NCBI GenBank assembly: GCA_046290465.1
Contig: JBKAGP010000001.1
Span: forward strand, 1,408,001 to 1,472,000
DNA: 64,000 nucleotides
Source: Planctomycetota bacterium
GTDB lineage: Bacteria > Planctomycetota > UBA1135 > UBA2386
Reading direction: 5' to 3'
The notes under the pieces were generated by a model. It saw nothing but the letters and a program-made list of their open reading frames with translations, was not told the origin of the DNA and made no database searches. Below, in pieces: positions 43,841-54,647 of this stretch. Within the stretch, counting starts at the first letter, position 1. Each line of letters begins with the position of its first letter. A program made the position numbers and the translations under genes.

Positions 43841-46414
43841 GGTGGCTCGGGTGCGGGCTTCCTGGGCGAGCGGGTGGTCGTCGGGGATGTGGTCGGTGAA
43901 GGACTGGACGGCGCGGGCGGCGGCTTCGGTGGCGGGGCTGGGGCGGCCGGCGGCGTCGAGTGCGCGGGCTCGCAGCAGCCAGGTGAAGCCGGGGAACTGC
44001 GGCGGCAGCTGCTCGTGGTCGGCGCGCTCGAGGCGGCGCAGCAACTCGCCGGTGATCTCGTCGGCGCCGTCGACGTCGCCGGCGGCGAGGCGCGCCATCG
44101 CCAGGTTGTGGCCGGCGTTGAACGTCCCGGGATGCACCTCGCCGCGGTCGGCGCTGACCGCCTCGAACGCGCGCGCCATCAGCGTCGCCGCACCCCCGGC
44201 GTCGCCGCGCTGGCTCTTGGCCGCGGCGAGCGCCTGCAGCACGTCCATGGTGCGGTAGTCGCGCTCGCCGAACGTGCGTTCGCAGCGCACCAGCAGGTCG
44301 GTCGCCAGCTCGTGCAGCTCTTCGAACGCACGCTGCGCGTAGAGCACCTTGAGCAGGTGGTAGCCGCAGCCGATCGTGATCTGGTGGTCGGGCCCGACCA
44401 TCGCGTCGTACTCGGCCATCATCTCGCGGTGCTTCTGCGCCGCCTCGTCGAGCCGGCCGAGCTCGCGCCAGACCTCGGCCAGGTTGTCCTCGATCTGCAG
44501 CCGCGACGCCGCCGGCACGTTGCCGTCCCGACAGCGCTGCACCGCGGCCGACAGCGTGCGCTCGGCAGCCTCGAACCGGTCGAGGTGCAGCTGCAGGTTG
44601 CCGAGGTTGTGCATCGTCACGATGGTGTCGTCGTGCTCGGGTCCGAGCAGCCGTTCGCGCGCCGCCAGCACCTCGACGAACAGGTCCATCGCCTCGCGCA
44701 GCCGGCCCTCGTGCCGCAGCACGTAGGCACGGTGGTGCTGCACCGTCCACCACAGGGCGTCGTCGGCCGCCTCTCCCGGGAACTGCGCTACCATCGCGTC
44801 AACCACCGCCCGCGCCGCACCGGTCTTGCCCTGCTCTCGCAGCGCGACCAGCAGGTCGACCGCGCAGCGCACCGCCCGCGGCGAACCAGCACCCTCCACC
44901 TGCAGCCATAGCTCGCGCGCGCGCCGCAGGTGCGGCTCGGCGACCGCCGGCAGCGACAGGCTGCGGTAGGTGCCGCCGATCAGCTGCTGCAGCTCGGCCT
45001 CGATCTCCGGATCCTCGAAGGTCTCGTCGGCGAGGTTCGCCGCCGCCACGTCCAGCGCCTCGCGCACCGTGTAGTCGCGGCCGCGCGCCGACATCAGCGA
45101 CGACTCGGCCAGGAAGTCCTGGGCGAACCGGGCGACCCGCCTGGACACACGCCCGCGCCGCTCGAGTTCGACGTTCTGCTCGCGCAGCACCTGCTGGCCG
45201 CGTTCGAGCTCGGCGTTCTGCGCCAGCACGACGACCACGCCGACCGCCAGCAGCGCGACGATCGTCGCCAGCGACGCGACCAGCCCGCGCCGCCGCCGCG
45301 CGAACATGCGCATCTGGTAGAACGTGCTCGGTGCCCGCGCCCGCACCGGCCGCTCCTCGAGGAACGCGCGCAGGTCCTCGGCGAACTCCAGCACCGAGCC
45401 GTAGCGATCGTCGGGGTCGCGACGCAGCGCCTTCTGCAGCACGACCTCGAGGTCGCGGTCGGCGCCGCGCACCACCGTCGACAGCCGCGGCGCGTCCTGG
45501 TTCTCGACCGTCTCGGCGACGACCAGCGGCGTGGTCTCGTCGAACACGAACGGCCGGCGCCCGGCCAGCAGCTCGAACAGCACGACGCCGAGCGAGTAGA
45601 TGTCGCTGCGCAGGTCGACCAGCCGACCGCGCAGCTGCTCGGGGCTCATGTAGTGCAGCGTGCCGAGCACGATGCCGCCCTCGGTCAGGTCGGCGTCGCC
45701 GGCCATGCTGCGCGCGATGCCGAAGTCGATCACCTTGGTGCGGCCGCCGTCGTCGACCAGCACGTTCTGCGGCTTGAGGTCGCGGTGCACGACCCCCTGC
45801 AGGTGGCCGTGGTGCACCGCGTCGCAGACCTGCAGGAACAGCTCGATGCGCTGGCGCTGGTCGAGGTCCTGGTCGCGGCTGTGGTGGATCAGGTCGCGCG
45901 CGCCGGGCACCAGCTCCATCGCGAACCACGGCAGCTCGATGTCGCCCGCCTCCTGCACGCCGACGGCGAACACCTGCGCGATGCCGGGGTGGCGCAGGTT
46001 GCCGAGCACCTCGGCCTCCCACTGGAAGCGTCGCACCGCCTGCTCGCTGGCCAGCGCCAGCGACAGCACCTTGAGCGCGACCTTGCGCCGCGGTCGGTCC
46101 TGTTCGGCCTCGTAGACGGTGCCCATGCCGCCGCTGCCGAGCACGCGCTGCAGCTCGAACGCGCCGACCCGGGCGCCGACGCCGACCTTGCGCTGCGGCA
46201 TGAACAGCTCGGCGCCGCGCTCGAGCAGGCTGGCCAGGTCGGTGCGCTGTTCGTCGCAGGCCAGCAGCTCCTCGACGTCGGCGCGCAGGGTGGCGTCGCC
46301 GTCGCACTGCTGCGCCAGCACCGCGTCCCGTTCGCCCGACGGCAGATCGACGACCTGCTCGAACAGGTCCCGGACCCGCCGGAACGACGCCGCGCCGGAC
46401 GGATCAGGCGTCAT
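43832..46414 (-). CDS. Ser/Thr protein kinase with a TM segment and TPR repeats
   Basis: GSGGMG, HRDLKPQN, DFG, GTLHYMSPE; LGPEHDDT-type TPRs; start MTPDP at 46414. Confidence 0.93.
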   Translation of the reverse strand: MTPDPSGAASFRRVRDLFEQVVDLPSGERDAVLAQQCDGDATLRADVEELLACDEQRTDLASLLERGAELFMPQRKVGVGARVGAFELQRVLGSGGMGTVYEAEQDRPRRKVALKVLSLALASEQAVRRFQWEAEVLGNLRHPGIAQVFAVGVQEAGDIELPWFAMELVPGARDLIHHSRDQDLDQRQRIELFLQVCDAVHHGHLQGVVHRDLKPQNVLVDDGGRTKVIDFGIARSMAGDADLTEGGIVLGTLHYMSPEQLRGRLVDLRSDIYSLGVVLFELLAGRRPFVFDETTPLVVAETVENQDAPRLSTVVRGADRDLEVVLQKALRRDPDDRYGSVLEFAEDLRAFLEERPVRARAPSTFYQMRMFARRRRGLVASLATIVALLAVGVVVVLAQNAELERGQQVLREQNVELERRGRVSRRVARFAQDFLAESSLMSARGRDYTVREALDVAAANLADETFEDPEIEAELQQLIGGTYRSLSLPAVAEPHLRRARELWLQVEGAGSPRAVRCAVDLLVALREQGKTGAARAVVDAMVAQFPGEAADDALWWTVQHHRAYVLRHEGRLREAMDLFVEVLAARERLLGPEHDDTIVTMHNLGNLQLHLDRFEAAERTLSAAVQRCRDGNVPAASRLQIEDNLAEVWRELGRLDEAAQKHREMMAEYDAMVGPDHQITIGCGYHLLKVLYAQRAFEELHELATDLLVRCERTFGERDYRTMDVLQALAAAKSQRGDAGGAATLMARAFEAVSADRGEVHPGTFNAGHNLAMARLAAGDVDGADEITGELLRRLERADHEQLPPQFPGFTWLLRARALDAAGRPSPATEAAARAVQSFTDHIPDDHPLAQEARTRATRK

Positions 46415-47003
46415 GCTCCGCTCCGAGGTCGAGTTCGCGCACCAGGAACGCGCGCGCCGTGCGCCAGCTGCGTTCGACCGAGCGCAGCGACGTGCCGAGC
46501 GCGGCGGCCGCGGCGCGGTTGTCGAGCCCGCCGAAGAAACGCAGTTCGACCAGTTCGGCGAGCTGCGGATCGAGGGCCGCGAGCCGCGCCAGGATCTCGT
46601 CGATGGCGAGCAGGCTCGCGGCGTCGTCGCGCACCGCGACCAGGTCGGCGTCGAACGCGACGCGCCGGTCGGCCGCCCGTTTCTGGGCCTTGCGCGCACG
46701 GGCATGGTCGACCAGCACCCGCCGCATCGCGCGCGCGGCAACCCGCAGGAAGTGGCCGCGGTCGTCGTAGCCGCCACCGGGCGCGACCAGGCGCAGGAAC
46801 GCTTCGTTCATCAACGCGGTCGGCTGCAGCGTGTGGCTGCTGCGTTCGCTACCCATCATGCGGCCCGCCAGCCGATGCAGTTCGTCGTAGACCAACGGGA
46901 ACAGCTGGTCGGCGGCGCCGGCCTCACCGGCGCCGACCGCGCGCAGCAGGCGGGTCGTATGATCCCGCGTCGGCTGGTCGGGTTCCGGGGCGGCCTCCAC
47001 CAT
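46404..47003 (-). CDS. ECF sigma factor, TIGR02999-like kinase-associated type
   Basis: LFPLVYDELHRLA, HTLQPTAL, RRVLVDHAR, VELRFFGGL, VERSWRTARAFL. Confidence 0.93.
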   Translation of the reverse strand: MVEAAPEPDQPTRDHTTRLLRAVGAGEAGAADQLFPLVYDELHRLAGRMMGSERSSHTLQPTALMNEAFLRLVAPGGGYDDRGHFLRVAARAMRRVLVDHARARKAQKRAADRRVAFDADLVAVRDDAASLLAIDEILARLAALDPQLAELVELRFFGGLDNRAAAAALGTSLRSVERSWRTARAFLVRELDLGAEHDA

Positions 47004-47138
47004 GGTCCGAGTTCTACCACGGATCGCCGGCCGGACGGCGGCAGCACGACTGGCTCGGGTCACGTTCACGTCGCGTGCGGCGCAAGAACGGCCCGCCGCC
47101 CGCCACGAAAGGTCGGTGGCGTCGCCGAAAATCGCGGT

Positions 47139-47609
47139 TCAGGCGTCGGCGAAGCCGTCGTCGTCGAGCAGGCCCGCGCCGTTGGCCGCCTCGACCGCCA
47201 GCGTGTCGCAGCGCTCGTTCTCGGGATCGCCACTGTGGCCCTTGACCCAGTGCCAACGGACCTCGTGGTCGGCGACCGCGGCGATCAGGCGCCGCCACAG
47301 GTCCTGGTTCTTGACCGGCTGCTTCGACGCGGTCTTCCAGCCGCGCTTTTGCCAGCCGGCCAGCCAGCCCTTGCTCATCGCGTTGACGACGTAGGTCGAG
47401 TCCGAATACAGGTCGACCGCACACGGCCGGCTCAGCGCCTCGAGGCCGACGATCGCGCCGAGCAGCTCCATCCGGTTGTTGGTGGTCAGGCGGTAGCCCT
47501 GCTGCAGTTCCTTGCGGTGATCCCCGAACAGCATCACCGTTCCGTAGCCGCCGCGGCCGGGGTTGCCGAGGCAGGCGCCGTCGCTGTAGATCGTGACGCG
47601 GTCCGTCAT
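47139..47609 (-). CDS. rnhA: Ribonuclease HI
   Basis: [41 protein letters not shown]. Confidence 0.97.
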   Translation of the reverse strand: MTDRVTIYSDGACLGNPGRGGYGTVMLFGDHRKELQQGYRLTTNNRMELLGAIVGLEALSRPCAVDLYSDSTYVVNAMSKGWLAGWQKRGWKTASKQPVKNQDLWRRLIAAVADHEVRWHWVKGHSGDPENERCDTLAVEAANGAGLLDDDGFADA

Positions 47610-47673
47610 GGACGACCGAGATACCCGCGCGACGCGCCGCGCTCAACGACGAGCCTGCGAAGCCGCAGCCGGT

Positions 47674-49284
47674 CTAGTCGACCACACCGCTGGTCGCCGC
47701 CGCCTCCGGGTCCGGCCGGAACGCGTCCGGGTCAGCCATCGCGAACGAGCGCTGCCAGGCCTCCGGGATCTCCTCGCCGAGCAGCTGGCCCTTCTTCAGG
47801 TAGGGATAGATCTCGCTGTAGGTCCGGATCTCGGTCGGCGACGTGCGCCGGTGGATGTGCCACGGCCGCAGTTCGTCCGGGTGCGACAGCCCCGCGGCGC
47901 CGAGCGTCTCGAGGAACGCTTGCACGGTCTCCTTCTGCCAGCTCGCGACGCGCTGCGTCTTGTGCGTGATCACCAACCCGCCAGAGAGGCCCGGATCCTG
48001 GGTCGCGACCCCGACCGGGCAATCGTTGCTGTTGCAGCGCAGCGCCTGGATGCAGCCGAGCGAGAACATGAAGCCGCGCGCCGAGTTGCACAGGTCCGCG
48101 CCGGCCGCGATCCGCTGCGCGATCTGGAAGCCGGTGATGATCCGCCCCGACGCGATGATGCGCACGTCCTGGCGCAGGCCGAAGCCCTCGAGCGCGTTGT
48201 GCACGAACACGATGCCCTCGGTCAAAGGCGTGCCGATCGAGTTGGAGAACTCGAGCGGGGCGGCGCCGGTGCCGCCCTCGCCGCCGTCGACGGTGATGAA
48301 GTCCGGCACGATGCCGGTCGCGACCATCGCCTTGCAGATGCCGAGGAACTCGGCGCGGTGGCCGACGCACAGCTTGAAGCCGACCGGCTTGCCCGACCGT
48401 TCGCGCAGCTGCTGCACGAACTGCAGCAGCCCGCGCGGTGTCGAGAACGCGGTGTGGTACGGCGGCGACAGCACGTCCTCGCCCAGCGGCACGCCGCGGA
48501 TCGCGGCGATCTCCTCGGTGACCTTGGCCGCCGGCAGGATGCCGCCGTGGCCCGGCTTGGCACCCTGCGACAGCTTGATCTCGATCAGCCGCACCTGCGG
48601 CAGCTGCGCCTTCTCGGCGAACGCTTCGATGTCGAACGTGCCATCGCGGTTGCGGCAACCGAAGTAGCCGGTGCCGATCTGCCAGCACAGGTCGCCGCCC
48701 GGCTCGAGGTGGTGCGCGCTGATGCCGCCCTCGCCGGTGTTGTGGAAGAAGTGGCCGATCCGGGCGCCGCCGTTGAGCGAACGGATCGCGTTGGCCGACA
48801 GCGAGCCGAAGCTCATCGCCGAGACGTTCAGCACCGCGGCGGCGTACGGCTGCTCGCAGCGACCTTCCCCCAGCCGGATGCGCGGCACGTCGTGCACCTG
48901 CCGCGCGGTGATCGAGTGGTTCAACCACTCGTAGCCGACCTCGTAGACGTCGCGCTGGGTGCCGAACGGCACCGTGTCGCGCTGCTTCTTGGCGCGCTGG
49001 TAGACCACCGAGCGCAGCTCGCGGCTGAACGGCTTGCCGTCGGTGTTGGACTCGATGAAGTACTGGTTGATCTCCGGCCGGATCATCTCGAACAGGTAGC
49101 GGAAGTGCCCGATGACCGGAAAGTTCCGCAGCACCGCGCGGCGGGTCTGCAGCGAGTCCTTGATGCCGAGCAGCACCACCGGCACGACGAACACGTAGAG
49201 CCAGTAGAGCGGCTGCCACAGCCACCCGAGGAACCCGACGAGCGCGAGGACGGCGACCGCGATGGTGTAGAACCAGTGACGCAT
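47674..49284 (-). CDS. FMN-binding glutamate synthase family protein (stand-alone FMN domain)
   Basis: SAMSFGSLS, NTGEGG, EIKLSQGAKPGHGG, GCIQALRCNSNDCPVGVATQ. Confidence 0.92.
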   Translation of the reverse strand: MRHWFYTIAVAVLALVGFLGWLWQPLYWLYVFVVPVVLLGIKDSLQTRRAVLRNFPVIGHFRYLFEMIRPEINQYFIESNTDGKPFSRELRSVVYQRAKKQRDTVPFGTQRDVYEVGYEWLNHSITARQVHDVPRIRLGEGRCEQPYAAAVLNVSAMSFGSLSANAIRSLNGGARIGHFFHNTGEGGISAHHLEPGGDLCWQIGTGYFGCRNRDGTFDIEAFAEKAQLPQVRLIEIKLSQGAKPGHGGILPAAKVTEEIAAIRGVPLGEDVLSPPYHTAFSTPRGLLQFVQQLRERSGKPVGFKLCVGHRAEFLGICKAMVATGIVPDFITVDGGEGGTGAAPLEFSNSIGTPLTEGIVFVHNALEGFGLRQDVRIIASGRIITGFQIAQRIAAGADLCNSARGFMFSLGCIQALRCNSNDCPVGVATQDPGLSGGLVITHKTQRVASWQKETVQAFLETLGAAGLSHPDELRPWHIHRRTSPTEIRTYSEIYPYLKKGQLLGEEIPEAWQRSFAMADPDAFRPDPEAAATSGVVD

Positions 49285-49293
49285 CGGCGCACC

Positions 49294-49872
49294 TTATCCG
49301 GAGCGCCGCGCGAACTCCGACAGCTCAGGCCACAGTTCGGCGAAGTCGGCCTCGAAGGCGTCGTAGTGGCGGCGCAGCTCGCCGGTCACCGTCGCCAGCG
49401 GCTGCGAGCGCCGGCCGCGGCGCGACATCGCGCGCAGCACCTTGTCGATCCCGTCGACGGTGCCGTACATGCCGAGCCAGCGGTGCCGGGCCATCCGTTC
49501 GTGCAGCGCGCGCAGCTCGGGTGGCAGCAGCTCGCGATGCCGTTCGAGATCGGCGTGCACGTCGTCGACGAACGCGCCGAGCGGGCGGCCGTCGCCGTGC
49601 AGGTGCCAGTCGCGCGCCAGGTAGTGGTCGTAGAACACGTCGAGCGCGACGCCCGCGAAGCGGCGCCACGGCTCGCCGAACCGGGCCCGGCTGCGGCGGT
49701 GCACCAGGTGCGCGTCGACGAAGCGATCGACCGCGCGGTGCTGTTCGATGCCGCGCCGCACGTCGGCATGCAGCAGGCTGGTGTCGATGCCGCGCACGAA
49801 GTCCCCCGCCAGGTTGCCGAGTCGCACCAGCGGCTCGTCGTCCGCCAGCCGCAGGTGCGCCAGCCAGTTCAC
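49294..49872 (-). CDS. acpH: ACP phosphodiesterase
   Basis: NWLAHL, GNLAGDFVRG, HRAVDRFVD, DVFYDHYLA. Confidence 0.9.
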   Translation of the reverse strand: MNWLAHLRLADDEPLVRLGNLAGDFVRGIDTSLLHADVRRGIEQHRAVDRFVDAHLVHRRSRARFGEPWRRFAGVALDVFYDHYLARDWHLHGDGRPLGAFVDDVHADLERHRELLPPELRALHERMARHRWLGMYGTVDGIDKVLRAMSRRGRRSQPLATVTGELRRHYDAFEADFAELWPELSEFARRSG

Positions 49873-50624
49873 GCGTCGTCCCCCAGGCGTTCGGTCTCGT
49901 GCCGCAGCGCGCGGCGCGCGATCCGACCGATCCAGACCACCACCGCCACCGTCGCGACGATCGCGAGCGCGGTCGACCACAGGCTGCCGCCGGCCTTCCA
50001 GTCGAGTTCGGACAGCTGCGCCCCGACCAGCGCGACCCCCACCGAGCGCGGCGCGATCCCGATCATGGTCGCACACAGAAACGCCCACGAGCGCACCCCG
50101 AACGCGGCCATCAGCAGGTTGGTCGCCGCGAACGGCATCAGCGGTGACAGCCGCAGCAGCGCGATCAGCCAGACGGTGCGGCCGAAGCTGCGGCCGAGCA
50201 GTGCAGCGTGCACGCGGCGCGCGTTCGGCGAGACGGCGATCGCTTCGAGCACGCGCCCGCCGACGACGCGCGACCACAGCGAAAAGCCGACCGACGCCGC
50301 GACCAGCACGACCGAAAAGCCGACCGTCGTGCCGAGCCACGTGCCGAACAGGTAGCCGGCCAGCAGCGAGGTCGCGTGCGTCGGCATCAGGCAGCCGGCG
50401 GCGAGCGCAACCCCGACCAGCCAGAACACCAGCACCTCGCCGCCGCCGCCGCCCTCGAACCACGGCAGCCACGAGGCCGACGTCGCCACCAGCACGATCA
50501 GCCCGACCAACGGCCCACCCGACGCGAACAGCAGCAGCGGGCCGGCCGGGCCGAGCGCGCGCAGCAGCCCGCGCACGCGCCCGACCAGTCCCGGTCGTCG
50601 GCTCGGCGCGTCGTCGTCTGGCAT
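49869..50624 (-). CDS. VTT/DedA (TVP38/TMEM64) family membrane protein
   Basis: AGYLFG, LLRLSPLMPFAATN, TMIGIAP. Confidence 0.85.
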   Translation of the reverse strand: MPDDDAPSRRPGLVGRVRGLLRALGPAGPLLLFASGGPLVGLIVLVATSASWLPWFEGGGGGEVLVFWLVGVALAAGCLMPTHATSLLAGYLFGTWLGTTVGFSVVLVAASVGFSLWSRVVGGRVLEAIAVSPNARRVHAALLGRSFGRTVWLIALLRLSPLMPFAATNLLMAAFGVRSWAFLCATMIGIAPRSVGVALVGAQLSELDWKAGGSLWSTALAIVATVAVVVWIGRIARRALRHETERLGDDA

Positions 50625-50706
50625 CGGCCGCAGGCTCGGGCATCGGCCGGCACCGCGCAAGCACCTTGTCGCATCCGTCGGCGGCGAGCGCGCGAATCCG
50701 ACCCGC

Positions 50707-51261
50707 ATGGAACGCCCCCGCCGCCTGCTCTGGTTGCTGCTGCCGCTCGCCCTGTTCGTCGCGATGGGCACGACCTCCTGCTCGACCACCTGGCCGCGCC
50801 GCGACCCGAGCGGTGAGGTGCTGCCGCAGGTGACCGGCACCTCGCTCGCCGACCAGCCGGTGACGCTGCCCGACGTCGCCGCCGGCGAACCGCTGCTGCT
50901 GCTGATCGGCTACGTGCAGGACGCGCAGTTCGACCTCGACCGCTGGCTGCTCGGCCTCGACCAGCTCGGCTGGAAGACCCGCACGTTCGAGGTGCCGACC
51001 CTGCCCGGCATGCTGCCGCGCATGTTCGGCAACTTCATCGACGAGGGCATGCGCGGCGGCATCCCCGAGGAGGACTGGGCGGCCGTCGTGACGGTCTACG
51101 CGGAGGCCGACAAGCTGGCCGTCTTCACCGGCAACGAGGCAACCCGCAACGGCCGCATCCTGCTGCTCGACGGCGACGGCAAGGTGGTCTTCTACCACGA
51201 CCGCGGCTATTCGGTCGGTTCGCTGAAGGCGCTGGTCGAGGCGCGGCAGGCGCTGCCGTGA
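50707..51261 (+). CDS. Probable lipoprotein with a thioredoxin-like fold
   Basis: Signal ending TTSC; LPQVTGTSLADQPVTLP...ILLLDGDGKV; no CxxC. Confidence 0.7.
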   Translation: MERPRRLLWLLLPLALFVAMGTTSCSTTWPRRDPSGEVLPQVTGTSLADQPVTLPDVAAGEPLLLLIGYVQDAQFDLDRWLLGLDQLGWKTRTFEVPTLPGMLPRMFGNFIDEGMRGGIPEEDWAAVVTVYAEADKLAVFTGNEATRNGRILLLDGDGKVVFYHDRGYSVGSLKALVEARQALP

Positions 51262-51332
51262 GCCGGTTCGGCGCCGGACGCTTGCACAGCCTGTAACGGC
51301 TCGGGTGCAGCGGGTAGCCTGCTCGCCCTCCG

Positions 51333-54300
51333 ATGAGCACCGAACTGCCTGAGAAATACGATCCGCAGACGCTCGAGCCGGCCGTGACCAAGCGGTGGCT
51401 GGACGCGAAGGCCTTCGCCGCGACGCCCGACCAGCGGGACGATCGCTACGTCGTCATGATGCCGCTGCCCAACGTCACGGGTGCGCTGCACATGGGCCAC
51501 GCGATGGACAACGTCATGCAGGACCTGCTGACGCGCTGGCACCGCATGCGCGGCGACAACTCGCTGTGGCAGCCGGGGCTCGACCACGCCGGCATCGCGA
51601 CCCAGGCGGTCGTCGAGAAGCGCCTGAAGGAGATCGAGGGCAAGACGCGGCACGACATCGGCCGCGAGGCCCTGGTCGAACGCATCCACGAGTGGGCCGA
51701 CCAGTCCAAGCAGCGCATCGTGTCGCAGCAGCAGGGCATGGGCTGCTCGTGCGACTGGGACCGTTCGCGGTTCACGATGGACGAGGTGTGCGCGCGCTCG
51801 GTGCGGCACACGTTCTTCAAGATGTTCCGCGACGGGCTGATCTTCCGCGGCAACCGGCTGGTCAACTGGGACTGCGCGCTGCAGACCGCGGTGGCCGACG
51901 ACGAGCTCTACAAGGAGGCCGTCGCCGGCAAGTTCCACTACTTCCGCTACCCGATCGTCGACCCGGCCGACGGCGGCCCGACGCACGTGGCGATCGCGAC
52001 CACGCGCCCGGAGACGATGCTCGGCGACACCGCCGTGGCCGTGCACCCCGATCCCAGGGGCGCGCTCGAGCAGGCGATCGCGGCGCAGCAGGCCAAGGTG
52101 GCCGCCGCGCCAGAGAAGGAGAAGGCCGACGCCGAGCGGGAGCTCGAGCGCCTGCAGGCGCGCATGGCCGACGTGATCCCGACGCTGGTGGCGATCTCGG
52201 ACCTCGCCAAGAACGGCGGCAAGGTGCGGCTGCCGCTGATGGAGCGCGAGATCCCGATCATCGTCGACGAGTGGGCCGACCCGACGCTCGGCACCGGCTG
52301 CGTCAAGATCACGCCGGCGCACGATCCCAACGACTACGACGTCTGGCAGCGCCACCAGGAGATCGGCGCGGTCAACATGCTGAACCCCGACGGCACCGTG
52401 AGCCAGAAGGGCGGCAGGTATGCGGGCCTCGATCGCTTCGAGGCGCGCAAGCAGGTGCTGAAGGACCTCGAAGCGGCCGGCCTGCTCGATCGCATCGAGG
52501 ACCGGCACATGGAGATCGACCACTCCGACCGCTCCAAGACCATCATCGAGCCGTACCTGTCCAAGCAGTGGTTCGTGAACATGGGCGACGTCGAGGGCGG
52601 CGTGCTGATGGGCCGCGGCACCCAAAAGGAGTTCCAGAGTCCGGGTCTGGCGCAGGCGGCGCTCGACGCGACCGCGGGCACGCTGCCGCCGTTCGCAGAC
52701 GGCACGCCGCGCAAGCAGGTCGGCTTCCATCCCGACCCGGAGCGCTACCGCAACATGCACGACCGCTGGCTCGGCGAGAAGCGCGACTGGTGCATCAGCC
52801 GGCAGCTCTGGTGGGGTCACCGGATCCCGGTCTGGCGCGGCGACATGGACGCGCAGAAGCTGCTGATGCTGGAGCCGATGCTGCAGGGCCAGCTCGAGCG
52901 CGACGACGTCTGCGCGTGGATCCTGCTGCCGGACGGCAACCGCCTGTCGCCGACCGACGCGTTCGCGCACCTGAAGGGCCCCAACGCGCCGGCAACGGTC
53001 GAGGTGCAGATCTGCTTCCTCGACGCGCAGAACGACGAGACCATCGGCCCGATGCTGCAGAGCGCCGGCCTCGAGCTGGATCCGGACGTGCTCGACACGT
53101 GGTTCAGCTCGGCGCTGTGGCCGCACAGCACGCTGGGCTGGCCCAACCCGGACGACGCCAGGGTCGGCGCGGGGCAGACTTCGCTCGCCGGCGCCGACGG
53201 CCGGCCGGACGCGCTGAGCTGCTACTACCCGGGCAGCTGCCTGGTGACCGGCCGCGACATCATCACGCTGTGGGTCGCGCGCATGATCATCGGCGGGCTC
53301 TACAACCTCGGCGACGTGCCGTTCACCGACGTGTTCCTGCACGCGACGATCCTCGACGGCAAGGGCGTGCGCATGTCGAAGTCGAAGGGCAACGGCATCG
53401 ACCCGCTCGACATCATCCACCGCTACGGCGCCGACGCGCTGCGCTACGTGGTCTGCGAGCTGCAGACCGGCACGCAGGACGTGCGCCTACCGGTGCAGGC
53501 GATCTCGCCGTTCACCGAGGAGGGCGAGGACGAGCGCCTCGTCGACCTGGCGACGGCCGAGGCGGGCCCCTACCTCGGCACGTTCGTCGACCCGGTGACG
53601 AAGCAACCGATGGACCTGATCGGGCAGTACGCGAACGAGGGCATCACGCCCGCCAAGGCGACCAGCGATCGCTTCGCGGTCGGTGCGAACTTCTGCAACA
53701 AGCTGTTCAATGCGGCGCGCTTCGCGTTCTTGAACCTCGACGGCACGACCTACGAGCCGCTCGACGTGGCGCAGCTGCCGGTCGAGGATCGCTGGGTGCT
53801 GTCACGCCTGCACCGCGCGATCGCGACCGTGCACGGCCATCTCGAGGGCTACAACCCATCGGCGGCGATCCAGACGGCGCGCGACTTCTTCTGGAGCGAG
53901 CTGTGTGACTGGTATCTCGAGATGCTGAAGCCGCGCATGAAGGACGGCGCCGACCCGGCGTCGAAGCGCGTCGGCCAGCAGGTGCTCGCCGCAGTGCTCG
54001 ACCAGACGCTGCGGCTGCTGCACCCGTTCGTGCCGTTCTTGACCGAGACGCTGTGGACCCGGCTCGACGAGCTGGCGCCCGAGCGCGGCGTCGCGACGAA
54101 GTTCGCAACGAGCGACCTGCTGGTGCACGCCACGTGGCCGCGGGCCGACGAAGGTTGGCAGGCTGCCGACGTCGAGGCGAACGTCGCCACGATGCAGGGT
54201 TGGTGCGTCGCGATCCGCGAGGCGCGCGCCCGCTACCAGGTGGCGCCGCGCGACCGCCTGGCGGCGCGCTTCCAGGCCGACGGCGCCAGCGCTCTGGTGC

Positions 54301-54647
54301 TGCGCGCGACGCTGCCGCTGCTGGCCAACATGGCGGGCCTGGACATGGGCGACGCGGGCGAGTCCGCGATCGGCCCGGACCAGCAGCGCACCAAGGACAG
54401 CGCGGTGGTCGTGCACGGCGACAGCAAGGCGTTCCTGCTCGGTGTCGTCGACCTCGACAAGGAGCGGCAGAAGCTCGAGAAGGAGCAGAAGACGCTCGAG
54501 GGCCGCATCGGCGGCATCGAGAAGAAGCTCGCCAACGAGGGCTTCCTCGCCAAGGCTCCCGAGGCCGTGGTCAAAAAGGAGCGCGCCAACCTCGAGGCCC
54601 TGCAGACGCAGCTCGCCGGCGTGCGCCAGAGCCTCGCCGAGCTCTAG
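51333..54647 (+). CDS. valS: Valine--tRNA ligase
   Basis: PNVTGALHMGH, DHAGIATQ, TTRPET, DWCISRQLWWGH, RMSKSKGN, C-terminal coiled coil. Confidence 0.97.
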   Translation: MSTELPEKYDPQTLEPAVTKRWLDAKAFAATPDQRDDRYVVMMPLPNVTGALHMGHAMDNVMQDLLTRWHRMRGDNSLWQPGLDHAGIATQAVVEKRLKEIEGKTRHDIGREALVERIHEWADQSKQRIVSQQQGMGCSCDWDRSRFTMDEVCARSVRHTFFKMFRDGLIFRGNRLVNWDCALQTAVADDELYKEAVAGKFHYFRYPIVDPADGGPTHVAIATTRPETMLGDTAVAVHPDPRGALEQAIAAQQAKVAAAPEKEKADAERELERLQARMADVIPTLVAISDLAKNGGKVRLPLMEREIPIIVDEWADPTLGTGCVKITPAHDPNDYDVWQRHQEIGAVNMLNPDGTVSQKGGRYAGLDRFEARKQVLKDLEAAGLLDRIEDRHMEIDHSDRSKTIIEPYLSKQWFVNMGDVEGGVLMGRGTQKEFQSPGLAQAALDATAGTLPPFADGTPRKQVGFHPDPERYRNMHDRWLGEKRDWCISRQLWWGHRIPVWRGDMDAQKLLMLEPMLQGQLERDDVCAWILLPDGNRLSPTDAFAHLKGPNAPATVEVQICFLDAQNDETIGPMLQSAGLELDPDVLDTWFSSALWPHSTLGWPNPDDARVGAGQTSLAGADGRPDALSCYYPGSCLVTGRDIITLWVARMIIGGLYNLGDVPFTDVFLHATILDGKGVRMSKSKGNGIDPLDIIHRYGADALRYVVCELQTGTQDVRLPVQAISPFTEEGEDERLVDLATAEAGPYLGTFVDPVTKQPMDLIGQYANEGITPAKATSDRFAVGANFCNKLFNAARFAFLNLDGTTYEPLDVAQLPVEDRWVLSRLHRAIATVHGHLEGYNPSAAIQTARDFFWSELCDWYLEMLKPRMKDGADPASKRVGQQVLAAVLDQTLRLLHPFVPFLTETLWTRLDELAPERGVATKFATSDLLVHATWPRADEGWQAADVEANVATMQGWCVAIREARARYQVAPRDRLAARFQADGASALVLRATLPLLANMAGLDMGDAGESAIGPDQQRTKDSAVVVHGDSKAFLLGVVDLDKERQKLEKEQKTLEGRIGGIEKKLANEGFLAKAPEAVVKKERANLEALQTQLAGVRQSLAEL

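Noticed and set aside
47674..49284. Full glutamate synthase large subunit (gltB)
   Set aside because: Only the FMN/Fe-S domain with an N-terminal TM is present; there is no amidotransferase domain.
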